Source: Chiloscyllium plagiosum (Eukaryota). Taken from it: a stretch of DNA of 52,626 nt. The notes below the pieces were generated by a model. The model had not been told where the DNA came from, searched no databases, and worked only from the letters and a program-made list of their open reading frames with translations. The stretch spans positions 124,001 to 176,626 of the forward strand of contig NW_025215376.1 of NCBI RefSeq assembly GCF_004010195.1, read 5' to 3'. Made by a program: the position numbers and the translations under genes. Each line of letters begins with the position of its first letter. Position 1 is the stretch's first letter. Positions 37,800-49,620 of the stretch are shown one piece after another.

Positions 37800-40700
37800 A
37801 TCAGTATTGACATTCCACGTCTCAGTCTGGTAAACCTTCATTGTTCTCCTTCAAAAGTCAGTACATCCTTCCTCAAACAATGAGACCAGAACTGCACACA
37901 ATACTCAGATGTATTCTTACAAATAATTAATGATGCTCATGCTGAAAGGACAAATGGTAGAGTGGTGGAGATGCTGAGGAAGGGAGTTCCAGAGCCTTGA
38001 TCATCAAATATGGAGAAAAAGCCCATCAGCATTGCTTCAAAAGAATTGCTAATTCACAAATGTTAAAATAAGCGTCATGTAACTTTCCTGTTACGATATA
38101 GAGATGTAAAAGCTTGTATAGACCAAAGTGGATGGGAATTTTGCAAATTCAAAACAAAGTATTAGAAATTTAATTGTGACACCGTTCTCCAGCACGCTTA
38201 AATGCAGTTAATTGAACGCTACACATAATGAATAAATTGACTTCATGTGATTTAGGCTATGGACAGCAGAAATTTGGGTGAGATTAAGACCCGTGATCGT
38301 GAAGGTCGCAGCCTGATTATGCCAGCATTGAAGCGGTGATAACTTCAGGGTAAAACATGGAAATTCAGCCATGACGGCTATGATAATGCTATTCTTTTAA
38401 CAAGGTGATGTCCTTGGTTTCTTTCTCAGAGATTGTAAAAGACGCAGACTCTGAAAAGTCTAAGTTGAAGGATTTTAGGGCCAATTTGATTACAGCTAAT
38501 AGATACTGCCTTTTAAGGCAAAAGGCTTTTAAGATGAAAAAACACAAACTTGTACAATGGACTTGTACTTCCGAGTCAGCTACTCTCTGGTTCGGTTTTT
38601 AATATTAACAGTACTGTTGTGAAGCTGCTGGACCAAAAGAAAAAGGTCCTGGCTGATACTCTCTCTATGTCTGACATCTCTCCTGTATAGCCCTGTGTTT
38701 GACTTTATATTTTGTACAAAATGGTGTTTATGGGGATTGTTGCAAGCAGTTGAAACAGCGTCATTAGTTTGGGGTAATGTGTTGGGCTTTTGGATCGTTT
38801 AAGTTGTTCAGTACTCTGTTCTCTTCTGTTTGTGTTTCATTTGGCCAGCTTGGAAATAAATTCTGTATTATTTAAAACTATGTGGTTTGTTCAACTGCAT
38901 CCTTCCTGGAATATCCACGGTGCTTAAAAGAATTAGCAAAGTTAGGGTCTGGGCTACTTTCTTGAAATGTTTTGAGGGGGGGCTGGGTTGGTCCATAACA
39001 CTGCTGAAGATCCTTGTTTTTAAAACTTCCTCACTCATTATTCTATACCTGTGTAGGCTTTCAATTGACCAATATTGCATCAATTTGTTATTTCAGCGCT
39101 TTCTCAAACCATTTTTAACTATACCATTTGCTTGTTGCATTTCTGTAACTTCTGAAAACTTATTTTTTGTTCAGGCATTTAATGGCATGAATTTCCGTCC
39201 TCACTATTGACCATGTGAATCTTTAAGCAATCAATTTAAATGTACTTTGGATTTCCTGTGAGTATACCATGAACTGAGACTTCATTCTTGAATTCTCCTT
39301 TTCATTTCCACTTTGGTACAACTTGCAGAAGTAATATTTAATTAATGTATTTGCTGGGCTCTATATACGTTAGCCCATTAGTAATTCACAGATTATGTCT
39401 TTACAGTGAATGTCCAATTTGTAACTATCTTTTCCATGATGTCTTTTTATAATTCCACTTTTGTCATCTCGTGTCTAGATTTTAATTAACATACTCACAT
39501 CACTTTGTATGCTTGCATCAAAAGTGGGCTGTGTGCTCCTAATCATGGTTCTCTACACATATCTATCTGTAACATTGACCCATGAAGTTCTAAAAGCAAA
39601 CTGAGAACAGGTAAGGGGAAGAAAGCAACAAGCCAATGAATTCGACCAGCTGCTACCCTGAATGGATATCCAATTTTTCCACACTAATTTTCTATGCATT
39701 CGCACTAGCTGACCAATTGATATACCAATTGTGTAGTGTAATCACAATTGATCACATTAGAATATGCAGGAGACAACGAAATTGTAGTTGACACACAAAA
39801 ATATTTTGAACTGTTCTGATGTTATCCGCCTTTTTGACTATTCATGACTTAGCTTGTTGGCGATTATCATTTTGTTCTCAGTAAAGTGCAGTGTCTCCCA
39901 AAGTATCAACTTCGTTGCTTTGGCAGCTGCTGTACACTGGCAGTTAACATTTTTGTTATATTGAAACAGCCTTATAAAACATGTATCCTATTCAGATCCT
40001 TGCTCATCAGTCTGACATGAGTTCTCAGTCGTAACAAAACAATTGCTTTCCGTGATAGTTCAGTTAACCTTCCCAAACCACTCCTTTGTATTGCTTTGAT
40101 TTGATTTTCTGTATGAAGTTGCAGATGATAAGTTGCATTCCAGAAGCAACTATTGTTGCGTCATTTCCATCTTTTGTAATGAGATGTACGATGGGCATTT
40201 AGATTTCAGGTTCTGTTGGCCTTTATATTATAATTGATAGCATTTTTGGTTTATGTTACAAAAAATACTGCTTTGTTTAACTTTATGGAATGTAAATGAA
40301 TTTAAAATGCTGACTAAGTAATAATTAACAAATTTAAAGTCGTTGTTCAATTCATCAACTCAGAAATGTAGCATGACAGAAAAATAACCTTCAGAGCTGA
40401 CGGCAGTGTAACAGTACCAATCAGAATGATGCAGAGAGGAGAACCAATGCAAGTGCATGGGTTTGCTCTTTCATACCATCTATTTCACTTTTGTGTAGAT
40501 GACAACTGTAGTCTGGTCCTTAAATTGGTAGCTCAAAAATCTCTATTGCAAATGAAAATATTGAGAAATGCAATATAGCTAGCCCAGGAGGCTGGGTTCA
40601 AGATTTTTTTGCACAAATTCGTGTATCCATGGAATGACACATATTGAGCGAAGGTGGTGGTGGTGGTTGGTCCGGGTGTCCCAGTGGAGGAGGCCCAGGA

Positions 40701-40870
40701 CCGAAGGTGGTGGTGGTGGTGGGGGGGGGGGGGGAAGGGGGGGGGTGTTGAAGTAACAAATTCGTGAAATGAAAATTCATATGAAGAAGAATGTTGCAGT
40801 AGATCCATAAGTGGAAAAGGAAAGTATCTATTCAAGAAGAGGGCAAGGTGGAAAACAGGAAACTATGAGC
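37800..40870. repeat. Diverged segmental duplicate of ~1570-2150, ~2480-3163 and ~12218-12943 / 8678-9680
   Basis: Shared blocks such as ttaaatgcagt.tattgaac, tatgcttgcatcaaaagtgggctg and cttcagagctgac.gcagtgtaacag in colinear order. Confidence 0.85.
40651..40746 (+). repeat. G-rich (GGT)n / poly-G low-complexity tract
   Basis: Two gaaggtggtggtggtggt units followed by long G runs; absent from the paralogous segments. Confidence 0.85.
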
Positions 40871-41149
40871 TAGTTAACTTGTTGTCTGTCAGTGGGAGAG
40901 TATCAGAATTAGTCATTAAAGGCAATATTGGCTGCATGCTAAGATAGACAGGAAGACCTGATCTGTTTCCTTCGCCAGGAAATCATATTTAAGCAATTGA
41001 TTGAAGGCCTTTAAATGAGTAAAGTGTGTTTTGGATAAAGCAAAACCTGAAGTAGTTCTGATTTCAATTTCCAGAAGGCATTGGATAACACATCTTATCA
41101 ACGGGCAGTGTCGAAAATAAAAGTTAATATTGTGGGTAACACATCCAAT

Positions 41150-41780
41150 CAACTCGATACAATACAGCACTGGAACAGGCTCTTCAGCCAATTCCTCACC
41201 GTTATTTAAAACACATAATTATTGAACATAAATAGTTGTTATCCCTCTGTTCAACTCCCTTCCCCATGTTTATCAAAATATACCTTTAACGTTGCTGACG
41301 TGCCTGCTTCCAACACCTGCAGTGGCAGGGCTTTCATGCACCCACTAACCCTGTGTAAAATATTTTCCCCGCACTTATCCCTTAAATTTCCCTCCTGTAA
41401 CGTTGAGCATGTGTCTTGTTGGAGTTGATCTTTTCACCCTGGTAAAACCTTCTGACTATACACATTATCTATGCCTCCAATAAATTTGTGGCCTGTCCTA
41501 GGAAGTAGTTTACCGACCACAGATGTTACGCTTCCTGGTCTATAGTTCCCAGTTTTTTTCTTTGCAGCCCTTCTTGAATAATGACACAACATTTGCTACA
41601 CTCCAGTCTTCCGGGACCTCACATGTGACTAACGATGATGCAAAAATACCAGCCAGGGCCACAACAATTTCTTCTCTAGCCTGTTGCAATGTTCTTGGAT
41701 ATAGTTGTTAAGGACCAGGAGATTTATTCACCTTCATAGATTGAAATATGTCCAACACCTCCTCGACTATGGCATGGATT
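41150..41780 (-). mobile_element. Old CR1 fragments (3' end and RT region)
   Basis: accacagatgttacgcttcctggtctatagttccc (GNYRPGSVTSVV on minus) and acatttgctacactccagtcttc, as in the CR1 at 6686-6710. Confidence 0.65.
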
Positions 41781-42754
41781 ACTTGAAGCCTTTGTAAGGT
41801 TAGATCAAGACAAATGAATATTCAAATGTACAAGGAAATACTGTTCATCCGAATCATTCTTTATTCCTAATGGAAATATGATTTAGGGAGTACAATTTTT
41901 AAAAAGCCATTGACGCAGGGAAAATAAATTTCAATGAAACATATTAAATACATCACATAATATATGTTTGTTTAACTATTAAATAGTTAACACAGATTAT
42001 GTGACGATTTTTGTCAAGACCGAGTCAATGTTGAACTTCATTTTCCTATGACTAACACAATGCTCCTTGATTGGTTCGCAGAGTTGACTGAATGGAAGAT
42101 TAACTCATCTACAGTAGCAACCCAGAGCACGAAATGAATCCCAGAAGAGGAAGTCATCAAGACAGTCCTGCCCTATCATGCCATCATTTGAGGCCTTGTG
42201 ACACTCAGGTTAAACTCAATAACCTCTGTCTGTCTTTAGTGAGCGAGTTAAAAGCTACTCTTTAAACGTGATAACTCAATTCAGAGGACAGTATTACTCT
42301 GTTTTAAAGTTCAAATGGTAGTATCTAACTAGAATCCTTTCATCTTATTGTGTCTAATATGCTTGCGTTGGATGTGAGACAGTGTGAAGATGTAGTTTTA
42401 TGTCATAACCCTTGATCACAGCAATATTTGTACGGACTGACAATTATGGAAACTTTATGAAATGCATAGGTTTATTTCTTTGAACATCTTGGATAAAAGA
42501 ACGGTTTCCAGAATTGATCACAAAGTAGAAGTGAGTTGCAAAGAGAAATGAAAACGAAAATTTCCCATTTCCAAATTCAAGCCTTTATTAATCACAGTGA
42601 AGGCTATGAAGAAAATTTAATTAACAATAGAAAAGTCCAAGCAAGTCCCAGTGACAAATGGGCTAATGTACACACTGAAGGTGAAACTTTCCACCGAGAG
42701 CTGTGTGTACCATTTTAACTCTGAATCATTGTCATTATGTATGAAAATAGTAAC

Positions 42755-43132
42755 TGGAATTCTGCCAGAGTGAGGCGTCTGCGTGGATTGGAGGTGAGGC
42801 CCCAGCACGTGGATAAGCGGCAAGTCCCCAACATGGACTGCAGGCGAGACCCTGGTACAAAATGGAGACAATGTCCTGTTGTGGCCCCGTCCAGCGCAGA
42901 CTGACTGGGATGGGAGGACTGTAAATTATACACTGTTTGTTTCTTGATTTTTCTATTTTATTCCTATGCTGCACTTTTTATTGCTTTGTTTTGTATTTTA
43001 TATCAAAGAATCTGTACTTGATCATGTGTATCTGTGTAAATCTGTATGTAAGATGGCGCCATAAGTGGTGACTTGTAAATTTTTCATTGAACTTATGTGA
43101 GTGTTTGTGACAATAAAGCTATACCTAATTCT
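42755..43132 (+). mobile_element. Possible LINE 3' end or LINE-tailed repeat, unclassified
   Basis: GC-rich block followed by an AT-rich tail ending tgtgacaataaag; family not recognised with certainty. Confidence 0.35.
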
Positions 43133-43523
43133 AGATTACAGACATGGGATCACTGCAACACTTCAAAAGAGTGTTCAGCCCTGCCTAATGCTTCTTATAA
43201 TAAGCTTAGCAACCATAGTAACATCATCGCCAGCATCTCATCCATCATTTACTATTTCCTGCATATTGTGACAATGTTTCAAAGTTAGAAAGATGTGACA
43301 CAATTGAGAGTGGTGATTATTAAATTAATAGATTGTATTGAAAACATGTTCCATTGGGGAATAAAGACATGAGGGGACGAGGCAAGAAATCCGATGTGAG
43401 CAAGGTATAGAAGTCATTGGCTTGATATTGCACGTCAGACAAGACAATACATATGGATTTCTCGGTATACTTCACCTCAAATAGAATGACAAGCTAAATA
43501 AACTCATAAAATGTGCTAATTAT

Positions 43524-44425
43524 CTAGCAGAAATTTGTAACAAATTGACTTGCTGGATGCTTCACCATTTTCATTAGCTCTTGTCTAAATTTAGTCTGGG
43601 TCACTGCATAAATAAATGTGTTTGTGCAGCAGCTCAAAAGCACAAGCATGTATCCAGTTTCTTGAAGGATATAAATGGGGTCATTGTAACCCATGTAAGA
43701 ATAAGCATTAACAATTCGATAATACATATAATGGATCGTGAATGTCAGCCATAATGACAGAAAATTGCCAGATATACTGAACAGTAAAATTATGGACTTT
43801 CTTCTGTTCTCCATCTCAGGATCTTGATTATTTTCTGACCTGATGTGAACACGAAATGTCTTACGTGTTTTGCTGACCAGCAAGATGTATCTCACGGTGA
43901 AAGCATTGAGCACCAAAACAATCAGAAATGGTAGAAAAGGATTTGTTATGCAGCCAAAGTAAGAGAATCCAAGCCACAGGTGAGATATATAAAAGCTTGA
44001 CCTTATTTGGCAATACCAAGGCAAGTTGTTAATTATGTACATAGGTTCGTATACAAAGTACCAGGGAATGTCCTTCAAACTACTAAGGGTGAATACCATC
44101 CCTACTACCACCGCTGCAGTTTTCTGTGTGCAATATTTTGTCTTCAGCTTCTGACAACAGATGGCTATGAAACGATCAAAAGTAAATGCAACAGTAAACC
44201 AAACAGAGCAATCTCTTGTTAAGTAAACTAGGGCACTTTTGGTTCGGCATACCGGAGTCAGCAATAGATAATTTCTGGGAAAGTAAATACCAATGATCCG
44301 ATTCAATATAACGCTAGTGATGACAACAGATACGTCTGCAAATGCCATAGCTATCAAGTAATATGTGATACATTTCGAAAGGCCACATCTGCCCTGGACC
44401 AGGATCACAATCGCCAGAATATTAA
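43524..44425 (-). CDS. Exon 2 of intact GPR139-like class A GPCR gene C (join 49034-48965, 44425-43524; 323 aa)
   Basis: Acceptor tttcccaacag|TT AAT; open frame VNILAIVILVQGRCGLSKCITYY..MAFAD..C..DRF..PWYC..CCTNTFIY..VTNFC*; 70+902 nt = 324 codons. Confidence 0.93.
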
Positions 44426-44588
44426 CTGTTGGGAAATGTAAACAGATTAGGCATAATTAGTGAGATGATATGAAAGGATAAAAATTTATCCTTTCCATTC
44501 CATATCCATTGTGTCGGGATGCATATAATGAATGCTATTCGGATTCCTAACAATTTATCCACAAGCAAATCATAAAAGTTTCTTCTGC

Positions 44589-45481
44589 GCTGTGGTTCTG
44601 TTCGCCGAGCTGGAAGTTTCTGTTGCAAACGTTTCGTCCCCTGGCTAGGCGACATCATCAGTGCTTGGGAGCCTCCTGCGAAGTGCTTCTTTGATGTTTC
44701 CTCCGGTGTTTATAGTGGTCTGTCCCTGCCGCTTCCGGTTGTCAGTTTCAGCTGTCTGCTGTAGTGGTTAGTATATTGGGTCCAGGTCGATGTGTTTGTT
44801 GATGGAGTTTGTGGATGAATGCCATGCCTCTAGGAATTCCCTGGCTGTTCTCTGTCTAGCTTGCCCTATGATAGTAGTGTTGTCCCAGTCGAATTCATGT
44901 TGCTTGTTGTCTGCGTGTGTGGCTACTAAGGATAGCTGGTCGTGTCTTTTCGTGGCTAGTTGATGTTCATGTATGCGGGTTGTTAGCTGTCTTCCTGTTT
45001 GTCCTATATAGTGTTTTGTGCAGTCCTTGCATGGTATTTTGTACACTACATTAGTTTTGCTCATGTTGGGTCCTTCGTTCTGGTGAGTTGTTGTCTGAGC
45101 ATGTCTGTTGGTTTGTGTGCCGTTATGAGTCCTCGGGGTCGCAGTAGTCTGGCTGTCAGTTCTGAGATGCTCCTGATGTATGGTAGTGTGGCTAGTCCTT
45201 TTGGTTGTGGTATGTCCTCGTTCCGTGGTCTTTCTCTTAGGCATCTGCTGATGAAGTTGCGCGGGTATCCGTTTTTGGCGAATACCTTGTATAGGTGTTC
45301 CTCTTCTTCTTTTTGCAGTCCTGGTGTACTGCAGTGTGTTGTGGCCCTTTTGAATAGTGTCCTGATGCAGCTTCGTTTGTGTGTGTTGGGGTGGTTACTT
45401 TCATAGTTTAGGACTTGGTCCCTGTGTGTGGCTTTCCTGTATACTCTTGTAGTGAATTCTCCGTCTGGTGTTCTCTGTACC
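44589..45481 (-). mobile_element. 5'-truncated Penelope-like element (RT thumb + GIY-YIG endonuclease + 3' end) with 12-bp TSD, in the intron of gene C
   Basis: VYRKATH..LNYESNHP..HKRS..NGYP..LPYI and VVYKIPCKDC..YIGQTGR..RIHEH..LEAWHS; agtttcttctgc at 44577-44588 and 45482-45493. Confidence 0.95.
44628..44661 (-). ncRNA. Hammerhead ribozyme-like core at the Penelope 3' end
   Basis: Minus strand GCA-CTGATGA-T-GTC G CCT AGCC AGG G GAC-GAAACGTT-TGC: conserved boxes, stem II and a 3-bp stem I. Confidence 0.7.
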
Positions 45482-46742
45482 AGTTTCTTCTGCATCTGCC
45501 ATTTACATCAGTTCATAAAAGTGTCAGTTCTATTTCTCGGCTTGCACTTTAACCATCTGGCAACAGGCTTAGTTTCCCAATGACCTTGCCAATATTTATT
45601 TTTGAATCGACTTCATTGAATCCAATAATCACAGAAACAGAAGGGTTCAGGCACAGAAAGAGACACTAAAAAGCCATTTGGTTCTTTGTGTATGGATTAG
45701 CTCTCCAAATATGCAAGGATTATTGTCATTTTTCCAAACTTTCTCCAAACGCTTGCACATTGTTTTGAATTAAATAATCATTGAGTGCATTCTTGGATGC
45801 CTCGCTAGAACCTCCCTCAACCCAATTTCCAGACATTCTATTCCAATGTAATAAATTAATGGTTTTTCGTAGAAGCTTCCTGGTGCTAATTGAACCATAA
45901 TTCTGTCATGCTAAAATAGCTGTTGCTCCTAACATTGTCTGCAAACGAACTTAATGCAAACCATCATGCTGAATCATCTTAGAATAAACAATTTGGCAAT
46001 TGGTAATGAGGAATTGGTTTGTTTTGTAACAGATATGACAGTCAGGAGAAATATGACATGTTAGGCTAAAACAGACTAACGTCATATATGATATATCACA
46101 TTTTGTATCACAAATTATTTTCAGTGGTTAACTTCCATATAAATAGCATAATAAATACAAATAGATTTGTTAAGGGAATTAAATGCAATTCTCTAGAATG
46201 GATATTCAATAAACGAATTATGAAGCAAAAAACTTGCATTAATAAATCGGAACCATTACTCAGGTTCAACAGAGACAAACCACAGTTAAGGCAGCTCAAA
46301 GGCTGGGGTCAGAAGATAAGAATTGACCCAGCGAGAAGCTTCATGGCATGTGGCGGATGTGGCTGATTGATCACGGGTGTTCTCAATTCACATCTTTTTA
46401 ATACATTACTGATTATTCCAATTGATATTATCCGTACGAGTATACAAACCATTTCTCCTTGACTAGTGTTTTAGTGACCAAGAGAGTGATTAGCAGCTGT
46501 TATGGTATATTACTGGTATCTGTCTTTAATCCATGGAAGATTGTGTTCAAGTTCTATCTGCTGCAGAGCTGTATCGTACGTAGGCAGTTTGATTGAAATA
46601 CATACAAACCGTTTTTTTTATCAGAGTCGCGCAAAACTAACGAAAAATCTTTAGAGATGTGTATTTTCCTTTTACAATTAAACTAAACAGAAGAGATTTG
46701 AAAGAAGTGCAGTCTCCTGAATTTTCCTATGTCTTTTCAGAA

Positions 46743-47021
46743 ATTAGATTACCTACAGTGTGGAAACCAGCCCTTCGGCCCAAAAAGTCCACAACCGACC
46801 CTCCGAAGAGCAACCCACCCAAACCCATTCCCCTACACCTAACACTACGGGCAATTTAGCATGGCCAATTCACCTGACATCTTTGGAGTGTGGGAGGAAA
46901 CCCACGCAGACACGGGGAGAATTTGCAAACTCTACACAAACAGTTGCCCGAGATGGGAATTGAACCGAGGTCTCTGGCGCTGTGAGGCAGTAGTGCTAAC
47001 CACAGTGTCACCGTGCCGCCC
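46743..47021 (-). mobile_element. HE1-type SINE in the intron of gene C
   Basis: Conserved core and tail; B-box GGTTCAATTCC on minus. Confidence 0.9.
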
Positions 47022-48964
47022 AACGTTACGGCATGAGCCTTTGTTTATGTTCAAGTGCACATCTATGTCATTTTTGTAGTTTGTGATACAGCGAATTTAG
47101 GTGGACTCACAGACACTGGTTGAAACATTGAAGTGAATCTTTGGTTTCTTTTTGCTATATCCAATGCCCGTAACTATTTCCAAAAAAGGAGTGGAAACCT
47201 CATGAATACCTGATTTTTTTGATTAACAATACCAGCTCGTCTGGATTTTTATTTCTATATTTATTGCTCAGTGAGCAGTTATCATATAGGGTCCAGAGTA
47301 GACCAGATGAGTTGTGGAGGTCAGTTTCCTCCCGCAATCTATATCAAAGAACTGGAAAACTGTGAGTCAGTTCAAGGAGTCTCCTGCTTCAGTTCAGATT
47401 TATAACCGAGTTATGATTTAATAAGTTGTCATATTTAGATGTGCACGCATCTGCCCAACAGAGCAGCAGGTGATGTGGATTATAAATACATCGCCACTGC
47501 GCCATGTCCCGATCAGCTTTCCTTTCTAATTATTTCACAAAATATGGATCAGAGGACTGGAAGAGGTAGTGGGGGTGGGGAGGGGGGGTGGGGGGGTGTA
47601 ATGCGTGAAGATGGAAGTTGAAAAGTACTGCTTATTATCTTTTGGTAATGTACTTAAGTCTTTACAAACCTGAAGACAATAGCTAATGTCAGCAATAATT
47701 TTGGCTAGTGAAGGTCGAAATTTTACTCAGTGGAATGGCACTTGAACCGAAATGGGAACAATTTGCAAGTGCGGACATACCAATGAGGTTCACGGGTAAT
47801 CGGGCTTAATCCACATATTTTTGGCCATCCTGTTCAGATGAGTTATGGAGCAGATGGAACAGTAACAGAGGTTTCTAACTGAGATGTGAGGAACACTCAC
47901 TGAGCAACACGGCGCCCTTGGCTTCATTTTGTTGTTGTTGTTGTTTTAGTTGCTTTGTTTGAGGATTCACCAGTCATTAAACGACCAAAATAAACTTATT
48001 CACGCTGAGTTGAATGAAACATTGTCTTATTCTTCGGCTATTAAACATTTAACTTTACATTATCACTACATTAAGTTGTTTTTTTTATCATCACCAGCGT
48101 GAAAATAGAAGAGGGAAATACACAACCAAATTTGAGATTCTGTGGGTGAAATGTTCTTCCATATAAAACACTGCTTCACTATTTCGCTTTCGTTTAACAG
48201 TACACTAACGATGGTTTGCCTTTTAGAAGAGAGAAGAAGAGGTAAAGATAGGTTTAATAAGACGAGTCAGAAAGAGCAAAAAAGACAATTTGCACAAAAC
48301 ACTGGAGTGAAACAAGAAAGGTGAATATGGAATTAATGGCTACCGCCAGTCAAAGCATTTTGTGATCTTATGTAGAAGTAAAATTAAAGATGAACATGAT
48401 TGACATGTTAAGCCAGAATGTCAATGTACAAAAATGTAAAAAATAAGTATTGCACGTACAAGATTATTTTTAATTAATTGAATTCTTACTTTATAAAATG
48501 GATAGAAATAAACCGTTAGGACAGAAAAACGGACAGTGATGCATTTAGATAGACTGTAATATCTCGCCAAAGTGGGGAGGATATTCAATATATGATATTC
48601 TTCACCTCCCTACAATCGGACATTAATAATGATATGCACCCCGTAGAAGTCTAAAGCAAGATATATCAACATTCAAATGTAAAATGAAGCACTGTGCACC
48701 CGATTCATTACCTTTAACTGACTAAATATATTTCATGGGGGACGAATTGAAAGAAAAGTTATTCACTGAAGCAGAAAAGAATATTTGAACAAAATATTTT
48801 AACTAAGTAACATCAATGATGCTTGTTTTTCCAAAGGCTAATTGCCACCGGTTATGTGACGATTTTGCAAGCACATTAACTTCGGTGAATTACACAGCAG
48901 AGGTGCAGCAAGTACAATGAGATAGTCACACACAGTTTTACACAATTCTCGAGATTGCACATAC

Positions 48965-49034
48965 CTGGGATACCCACCGCAGCAAGAATTGGATAGTAAA
49001 TTGCATACAGCAGACCAGATGGTGGTTCATGCAT
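48965..49034 (-). CDS. Exon 1 of intact GPR139-like GPCR gene C
   Basis: MHEPPSGLLYAIYYPILAAVGIP+G|GTATGT; 70 nt, phase 1, joins exon 2 in frame. Confidence 0.92.
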
Positions 49035-49090
49035 GTTCAGTCAGACGTGATAATGGCTTAGCATTTTCAAACTGCTAGTGTGGTAGAGTC

Positions 49091-49098
49091 TATAAATA
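49091..49098 (-). promoter_or_regulatory. TATA-like box of gene C
   Basis: TATTTATA on minus strand at the 57-nt offset. Confidence 0.65.
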
Positions 49099-49444
49099 CA
49101 GAAGAAACTCTCTCAGGGCCCCCATGATGTAACGTCTTCCCTGATGTCAGTACGATTATTAGTTCACAATTCCTGGCACGTTGCTTCCATCTTTTTCCTG
49201 TAGTTGATTTTCTCCATTGCTCACAAGCAAAGACAAAGCAACAAGAAAATCCATCATTAATCATGATGCAACTTTGAAAAAAAAAATCATATTGTAGCCT
49301 CAGTAAAATTCAAGTTAGCAAGGCAAGCATTTTTTTTAAATTCCAAAGCAAATGTCCTCTGCACATATAACACTCCTCGGGCAACCTGTGATCTTTGTCG
49401 AGGGTGACTCAAAGTTGAACATGGTTTTCTTATACTTTTCATGT

Positions 49445-49620
49445 TAGCTGTAGCTCAGTTGACTGCATAGCTAATTTGTGATAGTGAGTGCTGCCAGTTT
49501 GTGCGTTCGATTCCCATGTCCACTGATGTTACCATGAAGACCCACCTTCTTAACCTCACATCTGGCTTGAGGCCTGACACGCCATTGGTAAACATTCACC
49601 TGTCTATAACAAGGGATGAG
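49445..49620 (+). mobile_element. Old tRNA-derived SINE upstream of gene C
   Basis: A-box-like tagctcagttg and B-box-like gttcgattccc; related remnants at ~948-990 and ~21390-21550. Confidence 0.5.

Noticed and set aside
40533..40835. Pro/His/Thr-rich ORFs
   Set aside because: Derived from the (GGT)n / poly-G tract.
43524..49034. Assigning the symbol GPR139 or GPR142
   Set aside because: Multi-copy, very short N-terminus and divergent motifs; orthology cannot be established without a phylogeny.
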